Shown in pieces: positions 43,317-61,285 of a stretch of DNA of 64,000 nucleotides. The stretch is from NCBI GenBank assembly GCA_964016885.1, contig OZ024743.1, forward strand, positions 21,328,001 through 21,392,000, written 5' to 3'. Under the pieces are notes generated by a model. It saw only the letters and a list, made by a program, of their open reading frames with translations, was not told the DNA's origin and did not search any database. The stretch is from Eledone cirrhosa (lineage: Eukaryota). Both the position numbers and the translations under genes were made by a program. How positions within the stretch are numbered: position 1 is the stretch's first letter; the number at the start of each line of letters is the position of its first letter.

Positions 43317-45581
43317 GGGATAAGCCCCCCTCATAACACTCTACTTAACTCCTTTGAAAATGACCTAGTTAAACTAGTTAAGAACATTAAATACAATAAG
43401 CACCATATTAGAAGCAACACCTTCTTAAACAAACTTAACACTTCTATTAGTGGATTCAAAACTAGTAATAAAATTATTGTACACGCAGATAAAACTAATA
43501 ACATATACAGCCTAGATTATATTACTTATAGAAAGTTTATATATAATGAACTACATAAAAGCTACAAAAAAACCACCTTGAAAAACTTAGAAGATATTAA
43601 TGTAGAGGGTTATAATATAGTGTCTAAACTAGGACTACAGAGGCATACACAACCTTTCACTCCGAACCCCCCTAGATTCTCTCTGAAGGACCATAAGGAG
43701 AACTTCATCAGCAACCCCACGATAAGACTTATCTGCCCTTCCAAGTCCGACATTGGTATTATCAGCAAGAAGATTTTGGATAAAATCATCCCACAAATTA
43801 AACACAAGATACACCTTAAACAATGGGGAAATACGGGTGAAGTAATTGAATGGTTTAAGGATATCAAGAATAATAAGAACAAAAAATGTATTCAATTTGA
43901 TATCAATTCATACTACACCTCTATTTCCCCTATCCTATTAAATAAGGCACTTATCATGGCCATGACCAATAGCGACCTGACTAGAGCCCAGGTTGATGTC
44001 ATCCTTGCGGCCCGTAAAACCATAATCACCTTCGAGGACCAACTATGGACACGCAAGGATACGCACAACAACTTCGACATAACCATGGGATCTAGTGACT
44101 CGGCGCAGGTCACTGATTTGGTCGGCCTATACCTCCTCAATGAAATCCATAAAGACCTCCCTTACCTCAACGGTGGTTTGTACCGCGATGATGCACTTCT
44201 ACTCATAGAATATAAAAAATTTAATATAGAAAGAACTAGAAAACAACTGCATAAGACATTCAAAAACTTTAACCTTAGTATCACCATGGACAAAAACACT
44301 AAAAATGTTAACTTCCTAGACGCCACACTATACCTAGACTCAAAAATATATACACCCTTCCATAAGCCTAATGAGAAACTTATTTACGTAGATACCAAGT
44401 CTAATCACCCTAGATCAATATTAAACTCTATCTCTAAGGGGGTGTCCAATAGAATCTCTAGTCTGTCCTATGACGCAAACATATTTAGCAAAAACTCACA
44501 ATATTACAATCAAGCATTAGCTAGCTCCGGCCATAATATAGAAATTGAGTTCCTACCTAAGAAAACACATAGCTACAACATCATCTCGCACAACATGTCC
44601 ATGAGGAAATCTAATAATAGGAATAGCAACCACAAGTACACCAAAGCGGAGGGTGCCACCGGAAGTAACCATTACCATGGAAACTACTGTGAGGCCTTAG
44701 GAGGAAGCAACACACCAAACACTAAAAGCAAAAATAGAAGAAGAAATAATACATTTTTCAACCCTCCTTTCAACCTAAATGTCTCCACCAACATACCTAG
44801 GGCTTTCTTCTCACTACTAGATAAAAACTTCCCTCTAGGACACAAGTACCACAACCTCTTAAACAAAAACACCATTAAAATCTCATACTCCACGACGCCT
44901 AACTTAGCATACCACATAGCTAGCAGCAATAATAGTAAAATTAGTTCTTACTTCCAACAAACAAAATCGCAACGGGATGCAAACCCTCTAAATACCACTG
45001 TAGCAAGCAACAATAGCAACGGCAGTAACAATAGAAATAACACTAGTATAAGTAATAACACCAGGGTTGTCAACCTGAACACCCAAAATCCTATATCCAC
45101 CACACAGACTTCCGCATTGCATTATAACCAGCGGACTAACGCACAGAATAATTGTAACTGTAGAGCTAATAGAACCTGCCCTTTAGATAAAAAATGCCTA
45201 ACCAAGGATGTCATATACTCATGCACAGTCACGACTAATAACTCTTCAGAAACCTATGTAGGCTCCACTTCTAACTGCTTCAAAATTAGATATAACTCGC
45301 ACATCCACTCGTTCAAAAAGCACAGCCTAGCCAACTCCACCTCACTTTCTAGCTACATACACTATCTAAAATCTAAAAATAAACCATACACACTCAAATG
45401 GGAAGTGATAGGCAGCGCGACCTCGTACAAACCACCTAATAAATTCTGTAACCTCTGTATACTAGAGACACACAATATTATCTTCTCCAACCGTAACCTA
45501 CTTAACAAAAAATCTGAGGTGTTTGCAACTTGCCAGCACCGCCTCAGACATTCCTTCCAAAACTTTAAGCCCTATATATAG
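43317..45581 (+). CDS. Nematis-type Penelope-like RT plus GIY-YIG endonuclease ORF (uninterrupted, 5'-truncated)
   Basis: Frame is open from 43317 (NSFENDLVKLVKNIKY, HADKTNN). LKDHKENF, FDINSYY, ITMGSSD, GLYRDD, FLD, SNHP, CNC..CPLDKKCL..VIY...YVGST...R...CNLC..E...LLNK. Confidence 0.9.
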   Translation, partial: GISPPHNTLLNSFENDLVKLVKNIKYNKHHIRSNTFLNKLNTSISGFKTSNKIIVHADKTNNIYSLDYITYRKFIYNELHKSYKKTTLKNLEDINVEGYNIVSKLGLQRHTQPFTPNPPRFSLKDHKENFISNPTIRLICPSKSDIGIISKKILDKIIPQIKHKIHLKQWGNTGEVIEWFKDIKNNKNKKCIQFDINSYYTSISPILLNKALIMAMTNSDLTRAQVDVILAARKTIITFEDQLWTRKDTHNNFDITMGSSDSAQVTDLVGLYLLNEIHKDLPYLNGGLYRDDALLLIEYKKFNIERTRKQLHKTFKNFNLSITMDKNTKNVNFLDATLYLDSKIYTPFHKPNEKLIYVDTKSNHPRSILNSISKGVSNRISSLSYDANIFSKNSQYYNQALASSGHNIEIEFLPKKTHSYNIISHNMSMRKSNNRNSNHKYTKAEGATGSNHYHGNYCEALGGSNTPNTKSKNRRRNNTFFNPPFNLNVSTNIPRAFFSLLDKNFPLGHKYHNLLNKNTIKISYSTTPNLAYHIASSNNSKISSYFQQTKSQRDANPLNTTVASNNSNGSNNRNNTSISNNTRVVNLNTQNPISTTQTSALHYNQRTNAQNNCNCRANRTCPLDKKCLTKDVIYSCTVTTNNSSETYVGSTSNCFKIRYNSHIHSFKKHSLANSTSLSSYIHYLKSKNKPYTLKWEVIGSATSYKPPNKFCNLCILETHNIIFSNRNLLNKKSEVFATCQHRLRHSFQNFKPYI

Positions 45582-47022
45582 CAATGTCGGACTGGAACCT
45601 AACACCACATCTAGCATCAAACACCAGAGACACACCCTATACTACATACCCAACACTAGCTGATCCATTATAACACAAACAACGACATCCCTCTGGAACC
45701 CTTCGCAGGGAAAATACCCATTTATACCTCTACGGCAGGTGTGACAACATCCACCCACCTGGACGGCACGACACCGCTCTAAGGGTAATTTGAGCATGAA
45801 TTGATCGGTTGGATGGTGTTGGGCAGAGGAAACACCTTCCTTAGACAGATGTAAAATGATTTAATCGAGTAGCGCTGTTGACCAGTAGGACCAGGCTGCT
45901 GAGCGCAGTGAGTGAATGCAATGCAACTGCCGTGCGGGTTGTACGTATATGGATGATCTGACGGTCAGAGAGGGGTCGCGAGGACTGCGGATTGACCTTT
46001 GGCCTGCCTGGGGATGATTATCTTTCGACATCCAATGTAGCAAGCGATGACCCAGATCTTACCAGAGATCATTGGGTCCTGAAGCAATCCTGCAATCACC
46101 GCGCCTGGTCATATGAGCAGACTACAACCACAGAGATCATTAATTTAGAATCCTCGCTCATCATCTATAATTTCCATTTGTAGCACCTTAAGATGGGTTA
46201 ATCCACCTTAATAATAATATGATCACCTTCAGCATAATTTAGTTAAACTACTCTATAGTTAGTACACTTTATGCTTTAAAAGTCTCTCTTGGAAGGTGCA
46301 CCTCACCATAGAATTTAGGGTCTATATTGGGACACATTTTAATGGCTAGATATAGAAACCCCAGAGTTACCTCCCCGCATGCATTAACTCCCCTTAGCCA
46401 CACACACACTTCCGGTATTCAATGGCGTCTCTCGAAACGTAACAACCTCCTGTATCGAACTAAAGAACACCAGACTACGACCTCTAACTGGATTGTCGTG
46501 GATTATGTGAAAGGCATATAATCGAAATATACACTCCCTTGACCATGAAAATACCGAAGTACATGAATTACTTGACATCCCTGCGCTGTGCATCTCCAAT
46601 ACTTATAACACTTTTAATGCTTGCACTATCTTTAATGCTTATAATATTTCTCCACACACAGACTATATCAATCATATAAAGACTTTGCCACCAGATCTAC
46701 CAACCTAACACTCTTATTTACCTACCTAAGTGCCTCTACCACACATATCTCTCTGCCACACTATATAAACAAGACGCACATGCGTGCCACACATATAACA
46801 TTTGCACTATATAACCACTTATCTTCATGTTGTACTTTAACCTATATCTTTGATTTTTGATTGTACCTATTAATATAAATGTAATCTCGAAGTGTGTACT
46901 GCCACTCTAAATTCTGTAATGAATGTTGACCCACAATGTTTGAATATGTATCAATGTTTGAATATGTATTGGTATGTCTCTCGGCTGAAGGGGAGGTCAT
47001 ATAACTGTCCATGCATTAATAA

Positions 47023-47075
47023 ATTGCTCCGAAGAATCCAAACCTCGGTTTGGAGGAAACAGCTGTAAGCACAAT
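47023..47075 (+). ncRNA. Minimal hammerhead (U4C core) ~1.4 kb downstream of the Nematis ORF, probably in its pLTR
   Basis: UGCU-CCGAAGA-a-UCCAAACC uc GGUUUGGA-g-GAAA-CAGCUG-UA/AGCA. Confidence 0.75.
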
Positions 47076-47111
47076 AATGTTTTGAACAGTTCTTTGATTC
47101 TTATATTTCAT

Positions 47112-47154
<43 letters not shown>

Positions 47155-47209
47155 GTGAGGTTTTTTTTACAAAATGAAAAATAGCCGAGGTGTCCTACAC
47201 GAGTGAAAG

Positions 47210-47538
47210 TATAAAGAAAAAGAGATGAAATCGAAAATGCAACTGAAGTCTTATTTTTTTTTTAAATATATATATTTATTTGGTTCCTTTACCGGTTTCG
47301 CAGTTCTTCTGCTTTTCAAAAGGTGAGTTGAGATGGAGGGTCTGTGGTTTTTCTCAGATGTGAGAAAAACCACAGACCCTCCATCTCATGTGAGAAAAAC
47401 CACAGACCCTCCATCTCAACTCACCTTTTGAAAAGCAGAAGAACTGCGAAACCGGTAAAGGAACCAAATAAATATATATATTTAAAAAAAAAATAAGACT
47501 TCAGTTGCATTTTCGATTTCATCTCTTTTTCTTTATAT
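47210..47538. mobile_element. Fold-back pLTR element with a hammerhead in each arm
   Basis: ~150-bp inverted arms; a ~29-bp duplication at the pivot; TA flanks. Confidence 0.8.
47424..47461 (+). ncRNA. Minimal hammerhead, U3-A8 core (antisense copy at 47286-47323)
   Basis: CCUU-UUGAAAA-GCAG aagaa CUGC-GAAA-CCGG-UA/AAGG. Confidence 0.75.
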
Positions 47539-48179
47539 ATATATATATATATTCTACTATATTTAGCTCTAGACCTAGCTATTGACCAGTTAATTTTATT
47601 GTTCATTTTTTGTCGATTCTATTAAATGATGAATAGCTCCTGTTTATTTTAACATGTCTATTGAGCACTCTTATTCGATATGTGTATTTCCACATTTTCC
47701 CGAATATTTTTCGCGGATATAGAGGTTATCTCCCTTGCTGAATTCCATGTGCGTATTTAGCCTGGGTTATGCCTTTTCATTCGTTTGGACAAAGCTCGTT
47801 GAGGAAGTAAACTCCTGTCCGCTGGCACCTAGAAGTCTTATATATTTTTATGTGAGCTGATAGAGGACAGTTTAAGGATTTACAGAAACCCAAGAAGCTA
47901 GATTTACCATCTTTCTAGCGGGTCCGGGTATGCTTTTTAAATTCATTTGATTTATTGATTTATTGATTTTTTATCTGAGTGTCCCGAATCTTCCAGATCG
48001 CAATTTTTCGGTTGTATGGTTGATTATAGACTTGTTCTATGTGTGACGGTATTTTAACGATAGTTATAGTTCTGATTTATCTAAATTATTGAGCCCTCTG
48101 CCGCTCATATCGAATTTTGTTTATCGTGAACTCGTGCGCCGATTTTTCGATACTCGATTATTCTACTATATATATATAT

Positions 48180-48372
48180 ATAGGAAAAAGTATGACCCCG
48201 ACAGCAGAGCTCAAGGCGTTTCGACGGCTATTTCGTCCAGAAATAACCGTCGAAACGGCTTGAGCTCTGCCGTCGGGGTCATACTTTTTCCTATTTCCCA
48301 CTCTACTACTCTAAGTATTGAGTACTCTGGTGGGTTATGGTCCATCTGGTTCCTTACCACAATTCCTTCGTT
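48180..48372. mobile_element. Family-A pLTR fold-back fragment in (TA)n
   Basis: ggaaaaagtatgaccccgac...gtcggggtcatactttttcc hairpin. Confidence 0.75.
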
Positions 48373-48394
48373 ATATATATATATATATATACTC

Positions 48395-48435
<41 letters not shown>

Positions 48436-48496
48436 CATTCAAATTGGAAAAAATCAACGGAAAGACAGACAGTCCCATTTCGGCAGTGAGCCTCTC

Positions 48497-48627
48497 AAAT
48501 ACCTTTGTAATAATTGCCTTAAAGTGAAATACCTTTGTAATAATTGCCTTAAAGTGAAATACCTTTGTAATAATTGCCTTAAAGTGAAATACCTTTGTAA
48601 TAATTGCCTTAAAGTGAAATACCTTTG
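48497..48627 (+). repeat. 30-bp tandem repeat, ~4.3 copies
   Basis: aaatacctttgtaataattgccttaaagtg units. Confidence 0.9.
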
Positions 48628-48639
48628 CCTGCAAATAAT

Positions 48640-48860
48640 AGTTTCTGATTTAGGCACAAGGTCAACAAATTTCGAGGGAAAGAGGCAAGTCGATTAAATC
48701 GACTCCAGTGCGTTACTGGTGCTTTATCTTATCGACCCCCGTAAGGATGAACGGCAAAGCTAACCTCGATGGGATTTGAACTCAGAACGTAAAGAGCTGT
48801 AACTACATACCGCAAAACCTGTTGTCCGACGTCCAGCCTATACTGCCAGTGTACCGCCCT
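48640..48860 (-). mobile_element. SINE copy
   Basis: Family motif, with flanking direct repeat tttgcctgcaaataata. Confidence 0.75.
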
Positions 48861-49339
48861 TTTGCCTGCAAATAATAATTTCATGAAAGAAAGGTACATG
48901 AGCTAGCTACAAGTGAGGAGCCTCTATGAGATTACTATACCTGCCTGAAATAACAGCTAAACCTCCAAATTACACCCTAATATCTTAAATAATAGAAAAG
49001 ACACGTTGAATAATGTAGTCCAAGATAAAGTGCGTCTGGAAAAAAAAATTGATTGGATACTATAATCAGAGTTGATACTTATTCTATTTAACTACAGTCA
49101 GCTCCAACTGGATGGACCAATGGTAAAAAGGCGATCAGTTAAGTAACAGGGCTAACATCCCAAATCCTATGCTAGAGGTATGTAGATATAAGATATTCAA
49201 CATACCAATCTAGGATGACCATTATCCTTCCAATACGTGCGAGTTGTTAATATTTTGCTTTTAATGTGATACTTATTATCCGAAGGTTTAGGACTTTAAA
49301 TATCTGGTCCTCGTTTCAAAGATTGTAGGAAATATAATT

Positions 49340-49522
49340 ATTTCTACTTTTGGCACAAGGCCAGCAATTACCCAGTGTATTACTGGTACTTTATTTTATC
49401 GACCCCGTAAGGCTGAAAGGCAAAGTTAACCTCGGCGGGATTTGAACTCATAATGGAAAAGGCCGTAATTCTTTGCGTCAAAGCATGGCCTCCGACCCTC
49501 TACCGATACTGCCAATCCACCG
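49340..49522 (-). mobile_element. SINE copy with target-site duplication
   Basis: Family motif, flanked by gattgtaggaaatataat on both sides. Confidence 0.8.
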
Positions 49523-50279
49523 ATTGTAGGAAATATAATGTAAAGTGTTTGGATGATCAATGAAGCGGATCTAATAATTCCATAAGAGTCATTTCGCTGG
49601 CCTTATGTTTTAGAAATTTGTCAGTATGAATATCGTTGAACAGTCAACCAAATAGTCAAAAGATGTTTCTATATGATTTCTGCACGCTTTTGTGTTGTAT
49701 GAATGCCCAGAAAACACGTTCTTGGAACTACGCGAATGTATTCATTGCTTAGCGCAAATTCTAAAGCTCCTGTCTCGAGCCAAATCGCAAAATAGAAAGA
49801 AAAGAAAAAAAGTAAGTTAGATAAATAAGGGTTGTTTGTTAAACTAAAAATAAATGTGACCAGTTAGCTGAAATAGTTGTACAAGACAATTGTGGGTGTA
49901 TAATATATTATGACAAATTCTAAGTCCCGAAACTTAAAATAAATATTTAGAGTAGGGTAAATTAAATAGATAAGTTAAATACAATGTAGTTCAAAAGAGA
50001 ATATGTGCATATGTCACATGTCTTTCTTTGGTTTCAAGATGTTTAGCTTCTCTTTTTGAACGTGGCAGCTTAGTTGATAACTTAGAATTATTTGCCTAAC
50101 ATATATATTTTTAAAGGCGCTTTGAATTCAATTAGGATTACAACATAATAATAGATAAATACAGTTAATATTTGACATAGAGTACTGTAGTAAGATGTTA
50201 CTGAACTTTAGACGGATGACAGCACTTTAGTGTGTGTTTTTGCTATAATTATCCTTATATTACTAACTGTTATACATGA

Positions 50280-51062
50280 TGCATCAGTTTTTTAGGACAC
50301 CTCTTTCTTGAGCTCTAACTATCTTATTGCTAATTTGTTCCTTTTAATTTTTGAGATAAATAATGCCAGACATTAAATTGACTCAGCAAACGAAAAGACG
50401 TTGCCTTAAAAGCACAGCATAGTGATACAGCGATAGCTTCCTTCATGAAAGTTGCCCAATACTTCGTTGCCAAAGTTAGAAAGGATCTGAAAGCTGCTGA
50501 CGGGGATCCAACATCAGCAGCTAAGTTGTAAAACGCATGCACAAGATCCTAATACATCCAGAACGCCTGTGTTTGTAAAACATAAAAAAATGAATCCGTA
50601 AAACTTCGGGAAAATCTATCAGAGCCATCGCAAAGAACTTTAAGGTTTCACAATGCACCACCAGACCAGAAGAGTTGTCCAGGAAGACATCCGATACAAG
50701 TCATATGTTATGCGAAGAGTCCAGATTATGCTGGGTGTGACAAAAGAAAATCGTTTGGTGCGTGCAAAGCGTTTACTGAATAAGATAAAACATCGAGAAG
50801 CTGGAATGCTTTGGTTCTTTTCTGATAATAAAAACTTTAATCAGGACCAACATGTAAACCGAAGGAACGACAGATGGCTATGCAGAGACCCAAATGAGGT
50901 TCCACCAGTCATGCACATCAAATTTCTATCGCCTCTGATGGTTCTAGGTGTAGTCAACAAAGAGGGAGATGTCATGCCTTCCCATTTTTTACACAGGGCT
51001 TAACATCTTTTTCTCATGGCTTGCCTACAAAGAGGTGTTGGAGACAGTTGTAAAGCCCTAGA
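50280..51062 (+). pseudogene. Decayed Tc1/mariner (maT/DD37D-like) transposase
   Basis: RLVRAKRLLNKIK...WFFSDNKNFNQDQHVNRRNDRWL...KF...MVLGVVNKEGDVMPSHF, then YKEVLETVVKP after a stop/frameshift. Confidence 0.8.
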
Positions 51063-51879
51063 ATTTATAGGATTTATATATAGCTCTTTATATTCTGAAA
51101 TCAAATCTCACCGAGGTTAACTTTGCCTTACATCCTTGCGAGGTCAATAAAATAAAGTGTTAGTTATGTAGTGTTGTCGATGTAATTGACTCTTCCCTCC
51201 CCACCAAATTGCTGGCCTTGTGCCCAAATTAGATATTCACTAAACTGAGTAGAATGAATTGACACAGTTGGTAGAGTGTCAAACAAAATGCCTTTGCAGT
51301 ATTTATTCAAATCCCTCCACGGTCAACTTTTCCTTTTATCCTTCTGAGGTCGATAAAATAAAGTACCAGCCAAATACTAAATACTGGGGAGGATTTAATC
51401 GACTTTTTCCTCTCTCACAAGTTTCTGACATGCCAAAATTAGAAAGTTATTATATCTAGCACGCGATGAAATGATAAAAATCGTACACCAGTTGCAATTT
51501 TTACTATATCGATTTGACCATCGACGGGAAAAAAGACAAAAGTGAGGCTGACAAGATTTGTATTCTGAACTTGTATACTTAAACTCCGAAGCTAAATAAT
51601 CTATTTTAAAATTAGTTTATGGAAACCGTTTCGTCAGAATTCTTCTTTGTCTTTCCTTTTACGTTATCGACGAAAATAGTCACACATTCTATAACTAATT
51701 TACTCCTATATTCCAAAACTAATTAAACAATTTGGTGTTTATCTTCCTCTTTTCATTGGTATTAATATAAATCCCTTAATTTACCCCAAATCCAATAGAC
51801 AAAAACAAAAGTCAAGAAGGCAATTTAGAACCCCACAACGAAAAACAAGAGATAGATAGAGAGAGAGAAAGAGTGAGAA

Positions 51880-51966
<87 letters not shown>

Positions 51967-52261
51967 TGTGTGTGTGTTACAAGTGACACAACGATATCTC
52001 TATTGTAAGTCACGTAATATTATCTCTATTGCAAGTGACGTTTAATATCTTATATTGCAAGGGGCGTAATGGTATCTGTATGGCAAGGGACGTAATAATA
52101 ACTATTTCAAGTGACATAGTAATGCCCCTTTTATAACTGACTTATTTATATCTCTAAAATTAGAGCCGTAATAACATCATTTTTACTAGTGACGTAATAT
52201 TATGGACTGACTGTATGGGTAGAGCGTCGGCATAGAGTTACGGCTTTTTACATTCAAACTT

Positions 52262-52316
<55 letters not shown>

Positions 52317-52397
52317 TATGCACACACGCACACACATACATATATATATATATATAGTTTAGCGCGGTTTTTTATATGAAATCGTGTGTCGAAACAA

Positions 52398-54295
52398 ATA
52401 TTGTTATACTTGGGGAGGGTCATATTTGTGTAATATTGCCAGAATTAATAACAGAACACTCACTGTTTGGTTGGTTTTCGCTTCTCGCTGTCTTTTATAT
52501 CTGTAATCTAACTTACTCGGTCCTCAATGTTGCCATTGACTGACCGACGGTCAAAAATAATACAGATACAATATAGACACAAACACATATATATATAGTT
52601 TACATAATTTACATAAATCTTTCGTTGCACATCTGCAACATCGTCAGTGGTGTTATATTTTCATCCTGTTGTGTTGTATGTCTACGCCATTTTTTATTCA
52701 GTCTGCCTATATATTTATTTATTTATTTGCTTGTTTGTTTATTTTATTTTGTCTTCTTTGCGCATGCGTATTAGACACAGAACTCTGGATTAACACTATA
52801 GACGAGAGAGCCCAAATTCTCCACTCACACTATGCTAAACCCATGGCCTCCAAATACCTGATATTCAAAAACTCAGCAATGTCCAGTAGTGCTAAGTTTA
52901 ATATTCTGATCGCAGATTTGGTACGAGTGATGAAGAATGTGTCCAGCATGTGCGACCCAACAGAAATGGAAAGACACATCCAACACTTCATCAACCGCAT
53001 GCAGTTCTCTGGCTACAACCAAAGAGACAGAGTCAGAGTATACGAAGGAGCCATGGAAAAGTATAAGACCCTCATAGAACTGGACATGAAAGGAATTTGC
53101 CCATTATACAGGAGCAAATCATGGAATAGCTTAGATAGGGCTAGACATAAGATAGGGAAAGCCACATCATGGTACGACAACCAGAGATACCAGAGTGTCA
53201 TGTTTGTGGACGCCACCCCTGGAGGGAAATTAGCTAACCAGTGTAGAAAGGCCCTGAGAAAGACCCACTTAAAAATAAAGGTGGTAGAAAAGCCAGGAAC
53301 CACCATAAAATCCCTGATCAGCAAAACCTACCCTTTTAAGAAAACCCACTGTACCAATAGGAAATGTATCATATGTAAGGTGAACCCCCGGATAAACTGT
53401 AAAACTAGAAACGTAGTCTATAGCATAAGATGTACAGATGGTACTTGCAGAAACATGACAACAACATACATAGGTGAGACAGCTCGTAGCATAGGTGAAA
53501 GGATAGACCAACACTGTGGGGAACTAAAAGGACGAAAAAACGGGTCAGTACTATACGAACATGCTAGACAACAACATGACGGTAACATAGACAACATAGA
53601 AATTAGAATAATATCTAAACATAGAAATGACCCAGCAGATAGGCAAATCAGAGAGGCCAGTGAAATAGAAATTAGAAGACCAAAGCTAAACAGAAAGAAT
53701 GAGTGGAATAACAACAACACCCAAACAAACAACACTGACCTAAGAGAAGTATAAATAAGTAAATAAAATAAGATAAATAAATACATACACAAGCACAATA
53801 ACAACAAGCACATAAACACACACTAGTCACCCAGCAAACATAACACTATACACACTAGTCACCCAGCAAACATAACACTATACACACTAGTCACACAGCA
53901 AACATAACACTATACACACACGCAAACGCATGCGCAAAGAAGACAAAATAAAATAAACAAACAAGCAAATAAATAAATAAATATATAGGCAGACTGAATA
54001 AAAAATGGCGTAGACATACAACACAACAGGATGAAAATATAACACCACTGACGATGTTGCAGATGTGCAACGAAAGATTTATGTAAATTATGTAAACTAT
54101 ATATATATATGTGTTTGTGTCTATATTGTATCTGTATTATTTTTGACCGTCGGTCAGTCAATGGCAACATTGAGGACCGAGTAAGTTAGATTACAGATAT
54201 AAAAGACAGCGAGAAGCGAAAACCAACCAAACGGTGAGTGTGTTCTGTTATTAATTCTGGCAATATTACACAAATATGACCCTCCCCAAGTATAA
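52398..54295 (+). mobile_element. 5'-truncated Penelope-like element (third type, clade not determined) with an inverted pLTR at its 5' end
   Basis: ORF ~52770-53754: YAKPMAS..., MFVDATPGG, CTNRKCIIC...CKTRNVVYSIRC...YIGETAR..ERIDQH...E..EI...PKLN (GIY-YIG). Arms 52398-52769 / 53926-54295 are inverted. Confidence 0.88.
54043..54084 (+). ncRNA. Minimal hammerhead in pLTR (antisense copy at 52611-52652)
   Basis: ca-CUGACGA-uGUUGCA gaug UGCAAC-GAAA-gauu-UA/ug. Canonical core; weak stem I. Confidence 0.65.
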
Positions 54296-54583
54296 AAATA
54301 TATATATATATATATATAAATGGAATAGAATAAAACGAAATTTCATTTCTCACTCTTAGTACGGCAGTTACTTAAATGTAAGTATGTATGTATACAGACG
54401 TACAGTAGTATGTATATATATATACATACATGCACACATATATATATATGCACGTATCGGTTTACCGAAAATTTATTATAATGCTCGGTTTGTTTGTTTG
54501 TTTGTAAACAAACAAACAGCCCGAATTACGCCGTACAGTGTTTAGGCAACCGCGTCACCTTTTTGTTCAACACTGACACAGGA

Positions 54584-54626
54584 ACGATGTACTAGTTTCA
54601 AGCTTATTAGCTATCGTCAGCATCGT
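54584..54626 (-). ncRNA. Minimal type-I hammerhead ribozyme
   Basis: ACGAUG-CUGACGA-uAGCU aaua AGCUu-GAAA-CUAG-UA/CAUCGU. Confidence 0.85.
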
Positions 54627-54705
54627 ATACCTTCCTGCCAGATGGTTGAACGTCTGAAAGTATATACTTTCCTTATGCATATTAACGGCTGAGCAGCCTC
54701 ATTTG

Positions 54706-59733
<5,028 letters not shown>

Positions 59734-59787
59734 ATCGGTTTCAACACACAATTTCAGATAAAGAATCTTGCTAAACAAATTCAGAAA

Positions 59788-59846
<59 letters not shown>

Positions 59847-59850
<4 letters not shown>

Positions 59851-60906
59851 GTAAGGAACCAGATGGACCATAACGTACCAGAGTACTCAATACTTAGGGT
59901 AGTAGAGTGGAAAATAGGAAAAAGTATGACCCCGACGGCAGAGCTCAAGCCGTTTCGACGGCTATTTCTGGACTAAATTAGAATTTTTAGCCTTGTGAAT
60001 AAATAGCCGAACTTTTCAAGGGGGTACTTCCTTATATGGGAAGATTGTAGTTGTCAAGAGGATTGGTTAAAATTTGTTGTAAACACAAATAAGTCTATCC
60101 TCGCATATCGAGTATGAAGTGGAGGAGGGAGGTTATAGAATAGGTAAATCGAACGAGAGTAGGAAACAATAAAAGATAATAGATAAGAAATTAAAAAATA
60201 TATAAAATTAGATAGTATCACAATGCTATCTTACAATTACAGGTTAATAAGTTGAGAATAGAAAAAACTTGTAGAAATTGAGTAGTACCAGAACTGATAC
60301 AGAATTAAAGGGGTTTAACACGTCTGCTATAAGTAGTTAGTAAAACGTATTCGGCCAATTCTATCTTAAGATTACAGGGGTGGGGGAACTGATGTTACAG
60401 CCCGATGGGCTGCATTGGGGTAGGCGAAGGGTAAAAGCAGACGAGGAAGAAAATCTCAACTTATTAACCTGTAATTGTAAGATAGCATTCTGATGTTTTT
60501 ACTCATATCTCACTATTAAATTTTATATATTTTTTTATTTCTTTCTATTATCTATTATTGTTTCCTACTCTCGTTCGATTTACCTATTCTATAACCTCCC
60601 TCCTCCATTTCATACTCTATCCTCAGAATCTGCTGTATACATATCACTTTCAACGCTTGACCGCTCCTATCACACCCCTATTGTTCTACAGGCAAGTTCA
60701 GCCACCCCTACCTCCCACCAAATGCCATGATAGACTTATTTGTGTTTACAACAAATGTTAACCAATCCTCTTGACAACTACAATCTTCCCATATAAGGAA
60801 GTACCCCCTTGAAAAGTTCGGCTATTTATTCACCAGGCTAAAAATTCTAATTTAGTCCAGAAATAGCCGTCGAAACGGCTTGAGCTCTGCCGTCGGGGTC
60901 ATACTT

Positions 60907-60911
<5 letters not shown>
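59847..60911. mobile_element. Family-A inverted pLTR pair
   Basis: ~59918-60260 is inverted at ~60450-60911, with indels; TA flanks. Confidence 0.8.
60803..60899 (+). ncRNA. Type-I hammerhead, U3-A8 core (antisense copy at 59929-60026)
   Basis: CCCC-UUGAAAA-guuCGGCUAUUU...AAAUAGCCGuc-GAAA-CGGC uugagcucu GCCG-UC/GGGG. Confidence 0.75.
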
Positions 60912-60978
<67 letters not shown>

Positions 60979-60982
<4 letters not shown>

Positions 60983-61210
60983 TGTATTTTGCAATAAACT
61001 GTATGCTTAATTAAAAGCATTTTGATGACCTTACGCTATTGTTTTAAAGTAGTGACTATGCACTTACTTCTTTTTTCAGCAAACAAAGGAAGATAAGCTG
61101 ACAATCTCTGTTTCGTACTGTTGGTACTCCTCAGAGCTTACCACTCCCTTTGCGTAAGGTCTTCAAAATGCTTTTAATTAAGCATACAGTGTATTTCACA
61201 ATACACTATA
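60979..61210. mobile_element. Short fold-back element, ~57-bp arms around a hammerhead
   Basis: 60979-61036 is inverted at 61152-61208; homologous to 17230-17425. Confidence 0.75.
61095..61139 (-). ncRNA. Minimal type-I hammerhead ribozyme
   Basis: AAGCU-CUGAGGA-GUAC caaca GUAC-GAAA-CAG aga UUG-UC/AGCUU. Confidence 0.85.
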
Positions 61211-61253
61211 TATACCTTCATATATATATATCGCTATTTCAGAGCACCAATTC

Positions 61254-61285
<32 letters not shown>

